A stretch of 31,722 bases of DNA from a virus (Duplodnaviria; Heunggongvirae; Uroviricota; Caudoviricetes): IMG/VR virus record IMGVR_UViG_3300011337_000467, positions 1 through 31,722 of that record; one strand, given 5' to 3'. A program made the position numbers and the translations under genes. The notes below the pieces were generated by a model. That model was given only the letters and a program-made list of their open reading frames with translations, had not been told where the DNA came from and made no database searches. Positions 1 to 7,919 of this stretch are shown one piece after another. Numbering within the stretch: position 1 is the stretch's first letter; every line of letters starts with the position of its first letter.

Positions 1-52
1 ATTCCCAAAATGCTATAATAGGAACATATTGTAACAAAAGGAGTTCAAAATG
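1..52 (+). promoter_or_regulatory. Early promoter/RBS cassette repeat, copy 1 (-35 box cut off by the window edge)
   Basis: 1-21 is identical to 332-352; TGcTATAAT (TATAAT 14-19); AAAGGAGTTCAAAATG RBS box. Confidence 0.85.
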
Positions 53-325
53 AAAGCACTGCAAGCCTACATTGATCGTCAAAACAAATACCAGGCCTTG
101 TTCCGGGGTCAGCGTACAGAACCCTTGTATGAAATTCAAACTGCGGCTGGGCGTAAGCGAGTGGCTGAAATGATTGACTGCGCTCTCAGTCCTGAAAACC
201 TTTCCTGTGATGGTGAACTGCCTCGTGCAGAAGTCAATCGACGCTACCGCGAGCTTAATGCGGCCGCAACTGCCCTGATCAAACTGGATCCTAGCATGGC
301 CCAGTACATGTGTGAATTCGGTTGA
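50..325 (+). CDS. Hypothetical early phage protein (SPENLSCDGE motif)
   Basis: 91-aa ORF with strong RBS directly after a promoter. Confidence 0.85.
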   Translation: MKALQAYIDRQNKYQALFRGQRTEPLYEIQTAAGRKRVAEMIDCALSPENLSCDGELPRAEVNRRYRELNAAATALIKLDPSMAQYMCEFG

Positions 326-383
326 CCAATAATTCCCAAAATGCTATAATAGAGACTAGTTTAACACAAAGGAGTCCAAAATG
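319..383 (+). promoter_or_regulatory. sigma70 early promoter/RBS cassette repeat, copy 2
   Basis: TTGACC 322-327, 17-bp spacer, TG-n-TATAAT 345-350, AAAGGAGTCCAAAATG. Confidence 0.9.
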
Positions 384-875
384 GGTACACGTTCAAGAAT
401 TGGTGTCATGCACGGTGACAAAGTCAAATCAATTTACTGCCATTGGGACGGCTATCTAGAGCACAATGGTCAGATCCTGCAAAATCACTATGATAGTGCT
501 CGTGCCAATCACTTGGTGGCGCTGGGCGACATGTCAAGCCTGGGTCCAGTGATAGGTCAAGCACATCCGTTCTCCCAGTTTGAGATCAAAGAAGATGACT
601 CCGAGCGTGAAGCCAAATTGGCCTTGATGGAACTGGTCAAGAGCGAAGGCTGGTGCACCTTTTACGGTCGAGATCGCGGCGAATTGTCCAGCTGGAAAGT
701 TGCCAACACCTTTGAAGAATTCCTGGAGCAAGCAGACGGCTGTTGCGCTGAGTTCTACTACATCATGAAAGATGGTGTGTGGTATGTTGGTACCACATAC
801 GAAAACACTCACCCTCTCAGCAAGAGGTTGACTCTGTTGAGCGAGGCTCTGCAAGCAGAAACGGTTGACCAATAA
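381..875 (+). CDS. Conserved phage hypothetical protein (MGTRSRIG...IYCHWDGY type)
   Basis: 164-aa ORF, strong RBS; N-terminal motif recalled from phage hypothetical proteins. Confidence 0.85.
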   Translation: MGTRSRIGVMHGDKVKSIYCHWDGYLEHNGQILQNHYDSARANHLVALGDMSSLGPVIGQAHPFSQFEIKEDDSEREAKLALMELVKSEGWCTFYGRDRGELSSWKVANTFEEFLEQADGCCAEFYYIMKDGVWYVGTTYENTHPLSKRLTLLSEALQAETVDQ

Positions 876-927
876 TTGCCAAAATGCTATAATATGGACA
901 TGTTAACGCAAAAAGGAGTTCAAAATG
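862..927 (+). promoter_or_regulatory. sigma70 early promoter/RBS cassette repeat, copy 3
   Basis: 862-894 matches 319-351 at 32/33 nt; TTGACC 865-870, TATAAT 888-893; AAAGGAGTTCAAAATG. Confidence 0.9.
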
Positions 928-1164
928 GAAATTGAATACACATTGACTGGTGCTGTTGAAGACTATGGCATGTTTACAGAACTTGGCAACGCCGCAGTTC
1001 ATGCCTTGGTTGTGTCGGCTCGTGAGAACAAATTAACGTGGCCCCAGACCTATCGTGCTCTGTGTGCATTGGGCGAAGAAAAAGGCTTTGGCGAAGCTGG
1101 TGACACTGCTGTTCGCGAATGTGTGTACTCCGCTCTGGGATTCCGCACACCTTTTTATTGCTAA
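925..1164 (+). CDS. Hypothetical early protein
   Basis: 79-aa ORF after the cassette RBS. Confidence 0.8.
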   Translation: MEIEYTLTGAVEDYGMFTELGNAAVHALVVSARENKLTWPQTYRALCALGEEKGFGEAGDTAVRECVYSALGFRTPFYC

Positions 1165-1174
1165 GGAGCCAAAC

Positions 1175-1951
1175 ATGCCTGGATTTGTTGATGTGTCAAA
1201 TATGACTGCTTTGGAAGTTAAACGCCTGGGACAAATGGATGACCATGACGAGGTGTCTTATCATACCTGGCAACCCAAGCCCAAGCCTGCTATGGTTGGT
1301 CATCCTGGTTATGCTGTAGCAGATGTGTGGGGTGCGGCCTGTGCCGCTCAACGCATCAACGGTGAGTACCTCAAAGAAGGTCGCAACATCATGGGCGAGC
1401 AAGGCGAAGTGCTGAGTACCACGCCACGCAACCGTGATGTCATGTTGCAATTCCTACATCACCCTGAATGCCTGTTGCCAGAAGATATTGCAGAAGGTGC
1501 GGAGTGCCAGAATTTCCTGCGCAATGATCTTACCTTCCGTGCGCTCAAGGGTCAGCTGAATGACTTTGATCAAGCCACTAGTCAGGTACTGGCAGTGACG
1601 GATCGTTTCTTTCCGCAGAAACACAAATACGAGCTGGCAGTGATTGCCTGCTTGCCCCAAAGCCGTCTGCGCAGTATGGCTCGTCAAGAATCACAGGCCC
1701 GCATAAAGAAAGCCACCGGTGGCACCTTTGGCTCTGTAGGCGACAAGGTAGGCATGGATGTAGAAGTGGTGAGTGCCAGTTACAGCCAGAACTTCAACAT
1801 CCACTGGATCAATGCTGTGAATGACGCTGACCAGCCTGTGTTCTTCAGCTATCGCAATCCACTCACAGCAGGTGTGCGACTCACTATTACTGGCACAGTA
1901 AAAGGCCACCGCGATGGTAAAACTCAACTCAACCGTGTTAAAATTGTCTAA
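1175..1951 (+). CDS. Hypothetical protein with probable C-terminal OB-fold
   Basis: AAGGAG RBS supports ATG 1175 rather than 1055; beta-rich C-terminus ...TITGTVKGHRDGKTQLNRVK. Confidence 0.75.
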   Translation: MPGFVDVSNMTALEVKRLGQMDDHDEVSYHTWQPKPKPAMVGHPGYAVADVWGAACAAQRINGEYLKEGRNIMGEQGEVLSTTPRNRDVMLQFLHHPECLLPEDIAEGAECQNFLRNDLTFRALKGQLNDFDQATSQVLAVTDRFFPQKHKYELAVIACLPQSRLRSMARQESQARIKKATGGTFGSVGDKVGMDVEVVSASYSQNFNIHWINAVNDADQPVFFSYRNPLTAGVRLTITGTVKGHRDGKTQLNRVKIV

Positions 1952-1960
1952 GGAGACACT

Positions 1961-2086
1961 ATGAAAACTCTCATTGCAATCACCCTCACACTGGCGCTGT
2001 CTGCCTGCCATACTGCATCTGGCCTTGTACAAGGTGCCGGCAAGGATTTGTCTGCCGCAGGCAAGTGGATTGAACCCAGTAAGTAA
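1961..2086 (+). CDS. Entericidin EcnA/B-like small lipoprotein (absent from ORF track)
   Basis: Hand translation MKTLIAITLTLALSACHTASGLVQGAGKDLSAAGKWIEPSK; AAGGAG RBS; lipobox LSAC; GAGKDL motif. Confidence 0.75.
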   Translation: MKTLIAITLTLALSACHTASGLVQGAGKDLSAAGKWIEPSK

Positions 2087-2102
2087 CAAATAAGGAACTA
2101 TC

Positions 2103-2231
2103 ATGAGCAAACTCATAATCGGATTCATCTTAGGTGTGGTGGTCAGTGCCGTCGGCTTTTCGGGCATTGCTCGAATGTTTGACAAGGGTGTGCAAACCAT
2201 CCAAGACCAAAGCAAGGAATTGGCCCAGTGA
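2103..2231 (+). CDS. Small single-TM membrane protein (absent from ORF track)
   Basis: MSKLIIGFILGVVVSAVGFSGIARMFDKGVQTIQDQSKELAQ; TAAGGA RBS. Confidence 0.7.
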   Translation: MSKLIIGFILGVVVSAVGFSGIARMFDKGVQTIQDQSKELAQ

Positions 2232-2267
2232 TTCGGGCAAACCAAATCAAAATTATTGCAAAAGTGG

Positions 2268-2296
2268 TTGACCATAAAATGCTCTTTTGCTATAAT
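2268..2296 (+). promoter_or_regulatory. sigma70 promoter with extended -10
   Basis: TTGACC-17bp-TATAAT with TG; shares GGTTGACCA and TGCTATAATA with the cassette repeat. Confidence 0.85.
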
Positions 2297-2364
2297 ATTG
2301 ATATGTTGAGCAGTAATGCAAAACATTTTTTAAACTCTGTAAGTAAACTTTGAAAGGCAACATT

Positions 2365-2721
2365 ATGTCCGCAACTGAAAAAACTTTTACCGTGGCTGGT
2401 ACCGCAATCAACGCCGATGGCACCGTTAAGGCTCGTTTTGCAAACGACCTGGTAGCCCGTATCAAGATTCTAAACAAGTCTGGATGCACTGAAATTAACT
2501 TGGTAGAATTGCCCCGTGCAATGACCAAGATGGAAGCTCTGCAACACTTGCAGGGTCTGGGTATCACCGAAGGTGATGCTGGTTACGTGGTAGCCAACAA
2601 GCTGGCTGAACGTGCCAAGGTCGCCAAGAAAGGCGAAGTCAAAGTGTCTGCTACTGGCGTCAAAGCCAAGGCCAAGGCCACTGTTACTCCCGAGCAATTG
2701 GTCGAGGCAGCAAAGGCCTGA
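2365..2721 (+). CDS. Conserved phage hypothetical protein with basic Lys/Ala-rich tail
   Basis: FTVAG...KARFAND...IKIL...ELP..MTK pattern; has its own promoter and terminator; ATG 2365 preferred over TTG 2350. Confidence 0.8.
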   Translation: MSATEKTFTVAGTAINADGTVKARFANDLVARIKILNKSGCTEINLVELPRAMTKMEALQHLQGLGITEGDAGYVVANKLAERAKVAKKGEVKVSATGVKAKAKATVTPEQLVEAAKA

Positions 2722-2742
2722 TTGGTAACTTTGCACACAAAC

Positions 2743-2766
2743 AAGGCGACTTCGGTCGCCTTTTTG
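2743..2766 (+). terminator. Rho-independent terminator with C(UUCG)G tetraloop
   Basis: AAGGCGAC-TTCG-GTCGCCTT followed by T run. Confidence 0.9.
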
Positions 2767-2797
2767 TTGATTATTTTGCCAGAATCATAATTAATAT

Positions 2798-3052
2798 ATG
2801 CAAGAAACAGATCCATTGTATGAATATGTGCGTACAGTAATGCTAGAGGTCATGGCAGTTTTGTATGCCAACGGTCAACGACACCTCCATGTGGGTGCCA
2901 TGATGCGCCTAATTGGTGTGGATGAAGAACGGGCCGCTCTGCACGATGATGATCGTATTGATATAGATGAAAGTTTTGCTGAGCTGGCAAATGACGTAAA
3001 TATCAAGTATCTACTGCAATCCAGAATCCCCGATGGGGCCACAATCCACTAA
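2798..3052 (+). CDS. Hypothetical protein
   Basis: 84-aa ORF packed against the next gene. Confidence 0.7.
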   Translation: MQETDPLYEYVRTVMLEVMAVLYANGQRHLHVGAMMRLIGVDEERAALHDDDRIDIDESFAELANDVNIKYLLQSRIPDGATIH

Positions 3053-3295
3053 ATGAGTATTTCTAATTTTCGTACAGCCGAACCTCTGTACATTGTAATC
3101 CTGCGCAGTCAGCAGGCCGAATCACAGTTGAAGACTTGGATTCGCACACACAAGATAGAACATGCATCAGTGTCGGGTAACAAATTGATGATACATCATC
3201 AACAGGCTTTTGAGAATTTTAGATTGACGTGGACACACGACTGGGACTTGGTCACAGTATGGGACACCTGGAACAAGCGACACATATACCTTTAG
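3053..3295 (+). CDS. Hypothetical protein
   Basis: 80-aa ORF adjacent to the previous stop. Confidence 0.7.
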   Translation: MSISNFRTAEPLYIVILRSQQAESQLKTWIRTHKIEHASVSGNKLMIHHQQAFENFRLTWTHDWDLVTVWDTWNKRHIYL

Positions 3296-3324
3296 GGTGG
3301 AGTGCCAAATGCCAGGTTTTTTGC

Positions 3325-3353
3325 TTGACATTGTGAACAACACAGTGTATAAT
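3325..3353 (+). promoter_or_regulatory. Consensus sigma70 promoter
   Basis: TTGACA-17bp-TATAAT. Confidence 0.9.
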
Positions 3354-3376
3354 TATTACTTTACAAAGGAAACATC

Positions 3377-3562
3377 ATGACACAACATGAACAAATCGTC
3401 GCCGCTTACGAAGCTTACATTTCAGAAAATGAAAAATTCACAACCAAAGGTGTCAAAGCCGCTGCCGCTCGTGCCCGCAAGGCCCTGCAAGAAATGAGCA
3501 AAGGCATCAAGGAACGCCGCAAAGAGATCACTGCTGAGAAAGAAGCACTAGCCGCAAAATGA
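3377..3562 (+). CDS. Histone H1-like (Hc1-family) small basic protein
   Basis: KGVKAAAARARKAL...KERRKEI motif; AAAGGA RBS. Confidence 0.75.
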   Translation: MTQHEQIVAAYEAYISENEKFTTKGVKAAAARARKALQEMSKGIKERRKEITAEKEALAAK

Positions 3563-3744
3563 TCCAGGATCGAGAACAGCAATCACATAAACACCACGAA
3601 GAATCATGGCCATTGTTTATGTCCCGGGAACAGCGAGAGCAATTGATCCGAAACAAGTTTGCTCGCGCCGCCCAGCATTTTAAATTTCATGGAGAAAACT
3701 ATGTTCGAAGCAACCCTACAGGAAACATCTTACAGAACCGCTGA
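3559..3744 (+). CDS. Possible hypothetical protein
   Basis: ATGA coupling to upstream gene, but overlaps the YccA gene by 44 nt. Confidence 0.35.
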   Translation: MIQDREQQSHKHHEESWPLFMSREQREQLIRNKFARAAQHFKFHGENYVRSNPTGNILQNR

Positions 3745-4396
3745 TCAAGTCAACTCAGCCATGTTGCGTGTGTACAATCACATGCTGATGGCCATTGTAA
3801 CTTCAGCAGTGGTAGCAGGATTGGTAGCATCCAGTCCGGCCGCAATGGCATTCTTTTTCACTGGAGTGATGAAGTGGATCACGCTGTTCTTGCCACTAGT
3901 GGCAATATTTGGAGTGAGCTATGCACTGGCCAACAACCCACCACACCCAGTGGCTGTGGGCCTGTTGCATGGATTTGCAGGCATCATGGGCATTAGCCTA
4001 GGGGCCATTGTGCATGTTTATACCACAGGTAGCTTGGTAATGGCGTTTGCGTCAAGTGCCATTCTGTTTGCTACCATGAGCTTTTACGGATACTTTACCA
4101 AACGCAGTTTGGAGAGTATGGGACAGTTCTTGATTGTGGGACTGATTGCAATCATCATTGCAAGTATTGTAAACATCTTCATTGGCAGTTCGGTGATGAC
4201 CATGGTTATCTCTGCCATTGCAATTGTGATATTCTTGGGCCTCACAGCCTACGACACACAGCAAATCCGTGAAATGGTCAGTGTAGACAATCCAGATACA
4301 CCTGCAGAAATCCTAGGTGCGCTTACCCTGTACATGGACTTCATTAACATTTTTGTGAACCTACTGCAACTGTTTGGCACTAAGAATGACAACTAA
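3701..4396 (+). CDS. yccA: Bax inhibitor-1/YccA family membrane protein
   Basis: About 7 hydrophobic segments; LTAYDTQQIR and ALTLYMDFINIF motifs; GGAG RBS before ATG 3701. Confidence 0.92.
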   Translation: MFEATLQETSYRTADQVNSAMLRVYNHMLMAIVTSAVVAGLVASSPAAMAFFFTGVMKWITLFLPLVAIFGVSYALANNPPHPVAVGLLHGFAGIMGISLGAIVHVYTTGSLVMAFASSAILFATMSFYGYFTKRSLESMGQFLIVGLIAIIIASIVNIFIGSSVMTMVISAIAIVIFLGLTAYDTQQIREMVSVDNPDTPAEILGALTLYMDFINIFVNLLQLFGTKNDN

Positions 4397-4562
4397 GATT
4401 GTACAGGTAATTGAGGATCCCAACAACCCCGAAGAACTGTTGTTGGATCTTGGCACTGAATTGTGTGAAGAGCTAGGCTGGAAAGCAGGCGACACAGTTC
4501 AGTGGATTGACAACAAAGACGGAACATGGCAGATAATCAAATCGACTGGACAAACAATCTAA
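4386..4562 (+). CDS. AbrB/MazE/SpoVT-like DNA-binding protein
   Basis: LLLDLG.ELCEELGWKAGDTVQW pattern. Confidence 0.65.
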   Translation: MTTKIVQVIEDPNNPEELLLDLGTELCEELGWKAGDTVQWIDNKDGTWQIIKSTGQTI

Positions 4563-5032
4563 CAGCAGATTCTTCTTATGGCGCTGTTCCCACGCTAACT
4601 GTTAGCAACGGCGGTGTGGGATATCAAACAGATACCATATCAACTATATCTCTCACTAATACCACTGGCATTGGTGGATACACCATTGGTGGACTCAACG
4701 GTGCTACCGGTTCCAACACTGTTTGGACCACAAACACCATAGGTGCAGGCAGTTATCGTATTAACGATTCTGCTGCCGTACTTGGCGCCAACGGAGGGCT
4801 AGAATTAAAAGGCGACGGTGCAGATCTTACCATCAATGGCAAGAGTCTCAAAGGTTGGATGGAAAAGGTTGAAGAACGACTGAACATTCTTACACCAAAC
4901 CCCGAACTGGAACGAGAGTGGGACGAACTGCGCCGACTGGGCGAACGCTATCGCAAACTGGAAAAGAAATGCCAAGAAAAAGCAGAAGTATGGAACAAAC
5001 TGAAGTCAATGCCCAAGCCGGTGGTAAAATGA
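4526..5032 (+). CDS. Hypothetical protein (Thr/Gly-rich N-terminus, coiled-coil C-terminus)
   Basis: 168-aa ORF; ATGA coupling with nadE. Confidence 0.75.
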   Translation: MADNQIDWTNNLTADSSYGAVPTLTVSNGGVGYQTDTISTISLTNTTGIGGYTIGGLNGATGSNTVWTTNTIGAGSYRINDSAAVLGANGGLELKGDGADLTINGKSLKGWMEKVEERLNILTPNPELEREWDELRRLGERYRKLEKKCQEKAEVWNKLKSMPKPVVK

Positions 5033-5841
5033 TAACACCAAAGCAACGCATCCGGCATATTGTGAAGTGGATCAAACAATACGCAACAAAAAACAAGATC
5101 TCTACACTAGTTGTGGGTATCTCGGGCGGGATTGACTCGTCAGTTGTGAGCGCCTTATGCGCCGAAACTGGACTCACAACCATTGTGGTGCAGATGCCCA
5201 TTCGCCAAAACAAGACCTTGAACAATCGCAGTTCAATGCAGGCCACTTGGTTGATGGAACGCTACCCAAATGTCACACACATGAGCATGGACCTGACGTC
5301 TGTGTTTTCTGCGTTTGAAAAGAAAACTGCGCCGTTTTGTGATGCAGAAAATGCATCACAAGTTGAACTGGCTTTTGCAAACAGTCGCGCACGTTTGCGT
5401 ATGATGACACTGTATCAAATTGCACAATGCCATGGCGCTATTGTGGTGGGCACAGGCAACCGAGTGGAAGACTTTGGTGTGGGCTTCTTTACCAAGTATG
5501 GTGATGGTGGTGTGGATATTTCACCTATCGGCGACTGCATGAAAACAGAAGTGTGGGACATGGGCAGAGAGTTTGGTCTGCCACAAGAAATCATTGATGC
5601 TGCACCCACCGATGGCCTGTGGGACGATGACCGCACTGACGAAGGACAACTGGGCATGAGCTATCCAGATCTTGAGCGCATGATGGCCTTGGACTTTTTG
5701 CAACGATGCAAAGCTGTGGATTCTGACATGCCCGGGAGTGCCAAATTGTCAGCAGACGATAGAAAAAAGCTCAAACAGTACCAAGCGACTCGAGCTAGAA
5801 ACATGCACAAGATGCTGCCAATACCGGTCTGTAAGTTTTGA
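5029..5841 (+). CDS. nadE: NH3-dependent NAD+ synthetase
   Basis: VVGISGGIDSSV P-loop, NSRARLRM, VGTGN..E...GFFTKYGDGGVD, K.EVW, PTDGLW..DRTDE..LG. Confidence 0.95.
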   Translation: MITPKQRIRHIVKWIKQYATKNKISTLVVGISGGIDSSVVSALCAETGLTTIVVQMPIRQNKTLNNRSSMQATWLMERYPNVTHMSMDLTSVFSAFEKKTAPFCDAENASQVELAFANSRARLRMMTLYQIAQCHGAIVVGTGNRVEDFGVGFFTKYGDGGVDISPIGDCMKTEVWDMGREFGLPQEIIDAAPTDGLWDDDRTDEGQLGMSYPDLERMMALDFLQRCKAVDSDMPGSAKLSADDRKKLKQYQATRARNMHKMLPIPVCKF

Positions 5842-5928
5842 TAGATAACTGCGCTGTTTACTCCAAAACGGCACCTTTTTGGCCCGGTCTTAACCGGATC
5901 TCTAACCATCTGAGTAAGTAAAACTACC

Positions 5929-6501
5929 ATGAAAACACAAGTAAACTATATCAGTGATCGACTTGCTACCTGGAGCTCACGTTTGTTTAAAGTCGCAGGA
6001 CTTTGGGCAATTGCGTTGGTTGTAATAGCAGTGTGTAATCACAAATTAAATGAACTTCGCTCAGGCGTAGAATCAATGCCAGCTGGGTATGTAACAGCTC
6101 AAGAAAAAATCCGCCAACTTGACTGCTTGACTCGCAACATCTATTGGGAGGCAGCGTCGGAGCCTTTTGAAGGCAAAGTAGCAGTGGCTCAAGTCACAAT
6201 GAACAGAGTGCAAGACGGACGTTTTGGCGATAGTGTCTGCGGGGTGATCTATCAGAAAAACATTTTCTACGAAAAAGTAATTTGTCAGTTCAGTTGGGTG
6301 TGTGAAACCACACACAAAACTCGACCAGTGTACCCGCCCTTGTGGGCCGAATCTGAACTGGTGGCCAAAAAGGTCCTGTTGGAAAACTTCCGTTTGCCCG
6401 GATTGAAAGAAGCACTTTACTACCATGCGGACTATGTTAGCCCGGGCTGGAAAAAGCCCAAAATTGACAAAATTGGTCGTCACATTTTCTACGGAGCATA
6501 A
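5929..6501 (+). CDS. SleB-like cell wall hydrolase (Hydrolase_2)
   Basis: CL..NIYWEA..E...GK.AVAQV..NRV, CQFSW, YYHADYV.P.W, IG.HIFY; N-terminal hydrophobic anchor. Confidence 0.92.
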   Translation: MKTQVNYISDRLATWSSRLFKVAGLWAIALVVIAVCNHKLNELRSGVESMPAGYVTAQEKIRQLDCLTRNIYWEAASEPFEGKVAVAQVTMNRVQDGRFGDSVCGVIYQKNIFYEKVICQFSWVCETTHKTRPVYPPLWAESELVAKKVLLENFRLPGLKEALYYHADYVSPGWKKPKIDKIGRHIFYGA

Positions 6502-6503
6502 TC

Positions 6504-6818
6504 ATGCCTTTTAAGTTTCCCATAACAATTGTTGCCATTCGCGAATACCTTAAAAACAGTTTAGCAACACTTTCAGCAGATACCTTGGGCTGGTTGGCAG
6601 CCATTGTGTTACATTGTGCAACCTTGCCCACTTTTTTGGCCTTGATGACTGGATTGTCAGATCGAACCCCGGGTCTGGACATGATTTTGTTCTTGTGGGG
6701 CGGTTTGGTCTTGCTGTTCTTGCGGGCAGTGGTACTAAAAGACATGCTCAACATCATCACAATTGGCTTTGGTTTTATACTGCAAGCAGGGTGCATGGCC
6801 TTAATACTTTTTAAGTAA
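6504..6818 (+). CDS. Small multi-TM membrane protein
   Basis: 104 aa with about 3 hydrophobic segments. Confidence 0.7.
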   Translation: MPFKFPITIVAIREYLKNSLATLSADTLGWLAAIVLHCATLPTFLALMTGLSDRTPGLDMILFLWGGLVLLFLRAVVLKDMLNIITIGFGFILQAGCMALILFK

Positions 6819-6847
6819 TTGACAAATAATCCCAATCATGCTATAAT
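6819..6847 (+). promoter_or_regulatory. sigma70 promoter with extended -10, probably leaderless transcript
   Basis: TTGACA-17bp-TATAAT; spacer resembles the cassette repeat; ATG follows at 6854. Confidence 0.85.
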
Positions 6848-6853
6848 CAACGC

Positions 6854-7078
6854 ATGTTTAAGATAAGTCGACCTCACAAAACACTGCGTCAACGTGACCC
6901 AGATTTTACGTTCTCGCCCGACGGCATCAAAATAGTGCCACGTGCTAGTTTTGAGATCAGTTCAGGGTGTCCTTACAACTATCGAGAAATCATTCAAGAA
7001 TGCATTAGTCACGGTTGGCTCAAGCCTGTGGCCCACATGCGCGATGTTGAATACACCATGGAGTTACTACGCAAATGA
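6854..7078 (+). CDS. Hypothetical protein
   Basis: 74-aa ORF directly after a promoter. Confidence 0.7.
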   Translation: MFKISRPHKTLRQRDPDFTFSPDGIKIVPRASFEISSGCPYNYREIIQECISHGWLKPVAHMRDVEYTMELLRK

Positions 7079-7227
7079 TTGATGACGAAAAAGACACTGC
7101 ATATTCTGCGGAGTATGACGCCTACTACAATCCAGTAACCAATGAATGGATTGACACCAAGTGTGACGATCCCACTTGTGAGTTTTGTTCTACCCGCCCT
7201 GCACAACCTTTGAAAGACCTACCATGA
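7075..7227 (+). CDS. Small acidic Cys-containing protein (absent from ORF track)
   Basis: MIDDEKDTAYSAEYDAYYNPVTNEWIDTKCDDPTCEFCSTRPAQPLKDLP; ATGA overlaps at both ends. Confidence 0.75.
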   Translation: MIDDEKDTAYSAEYDAYYNPVTNEWIDTKCDDPTCEFCSTRPAQPLKDLP

Positions 7228-7622
7228 GCATGCATTTACACCACCCCAGTCTCAGTCTTGGCGGCAAGCGTAAAGGCAAGGTAAAATTCCGCAATGCCGA
7301 AGAAGCAAAAAAAGCCCGCGAGCTTGATGCTTCATGGAAAGAACTGCAAAAAAAGTGGGAAGTGGATGCTGATGACAAACGCCGCAGTCGTGCTATGAAA
7401 GCACCTGCACTGGACTACAAATTGAGCACACCCATAGGCCGCCCTAGTGGACATGCAATTCCCAGCCGTGCTGACTCTGTGTTGGGTCCTGTGTCCAGCA
7501 AGGCAATCCCACAGTACACTGGCACCAAGATGATTGGTGTGGGCACCATGCACAAGTCCAATGCTGTGCCCATCTTCTCAAACGAAGAAGCACATGACAT
7601 AGCAACCATGCGCCGTGGCTAA
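7224..7622 (+). CDS. Conserved T4-like phage hypothetical protein (G.GTMHKSNAVP motif)
   Basis: C-terminal YTG.KMIG.GTMHKSNAVPIF motif; ATG 7224 overlaps the upstream stop. Confidence 0.8.
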   Translation: MSMHLHHPSLSLGGKRKGKVKFRNAEEAKKARELDASWKELQKKWEVDADDKRRSRAMKAPALDYKLSTPIGRPSGHAIPSRADSVLGPVSSKAIPQYTGTKMIGVGTMHKSNAVPIFSNEEAHDIATMRRG

Positions 7623-7881
7623 CAACGACTTGTATTCAACACCAGAAGCCAGACTAGACACTGTTCTAGGTGATGCCGGCTTCTGGGTACGAATGCAAAA
7701 GTGTCGACTGTCAGAAGAAGGCAAAAAGCATTGTAAGACTGACCTAGATACAAGGGCATGGTTCCAGGACACATACGGTATCCGGTTGTTGCCTTCGGAC
7801 ACACACATGATTGGATACAATCGAGAAGTTGAGATTGTGGATGAGCAAAAGTACATGATATTTTTATTAAAATGGTCATGA
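7615..7881 (+). CDS. Hypothetical protein
   Basis: 88-aa ORF overlapping neighbours by a few nt. Confidence 0.65.
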   Translation: MANNDLYSTPEARLDTVLGDAGFWVRMQKCRLSEEGKKHCKTDLDTRAWFQDTYGIRLLPSDTHMIGYNREVEIVDEQKYMIFLLKWS

Positions 7882-7919
7882 AGAAAAAACGTTTACTAAC
7901 TTATAGAGGAGAACACCAA

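Noticed and set aside
1-927. Repeats as a CRISPR array
   Set aside because: The spacers are whole genes (hundreds of nt), the repeat is a promoter, and there are no cas genes.
1691-2326. 211-aa minus-strand ORF
   Set aside because: Overlaps three + strand genes with strong RBSs, including the lipoprotein; no motif.
4918-5028. Upstream extensions given by the ORF track for nadE (also 1055, 3659, 7185, 8536, 8943, 10564, 28472)
   Set aside because: They overlap upstream genes; downstream starts have RBSs or stop-start coupling and match the family N-termini.
5884-5897. Hairpin CCGGT-CTTA-ACCGG after nadE as a terminator
   Set aside because: Only a 5-bp stem with no downstream U-tract.
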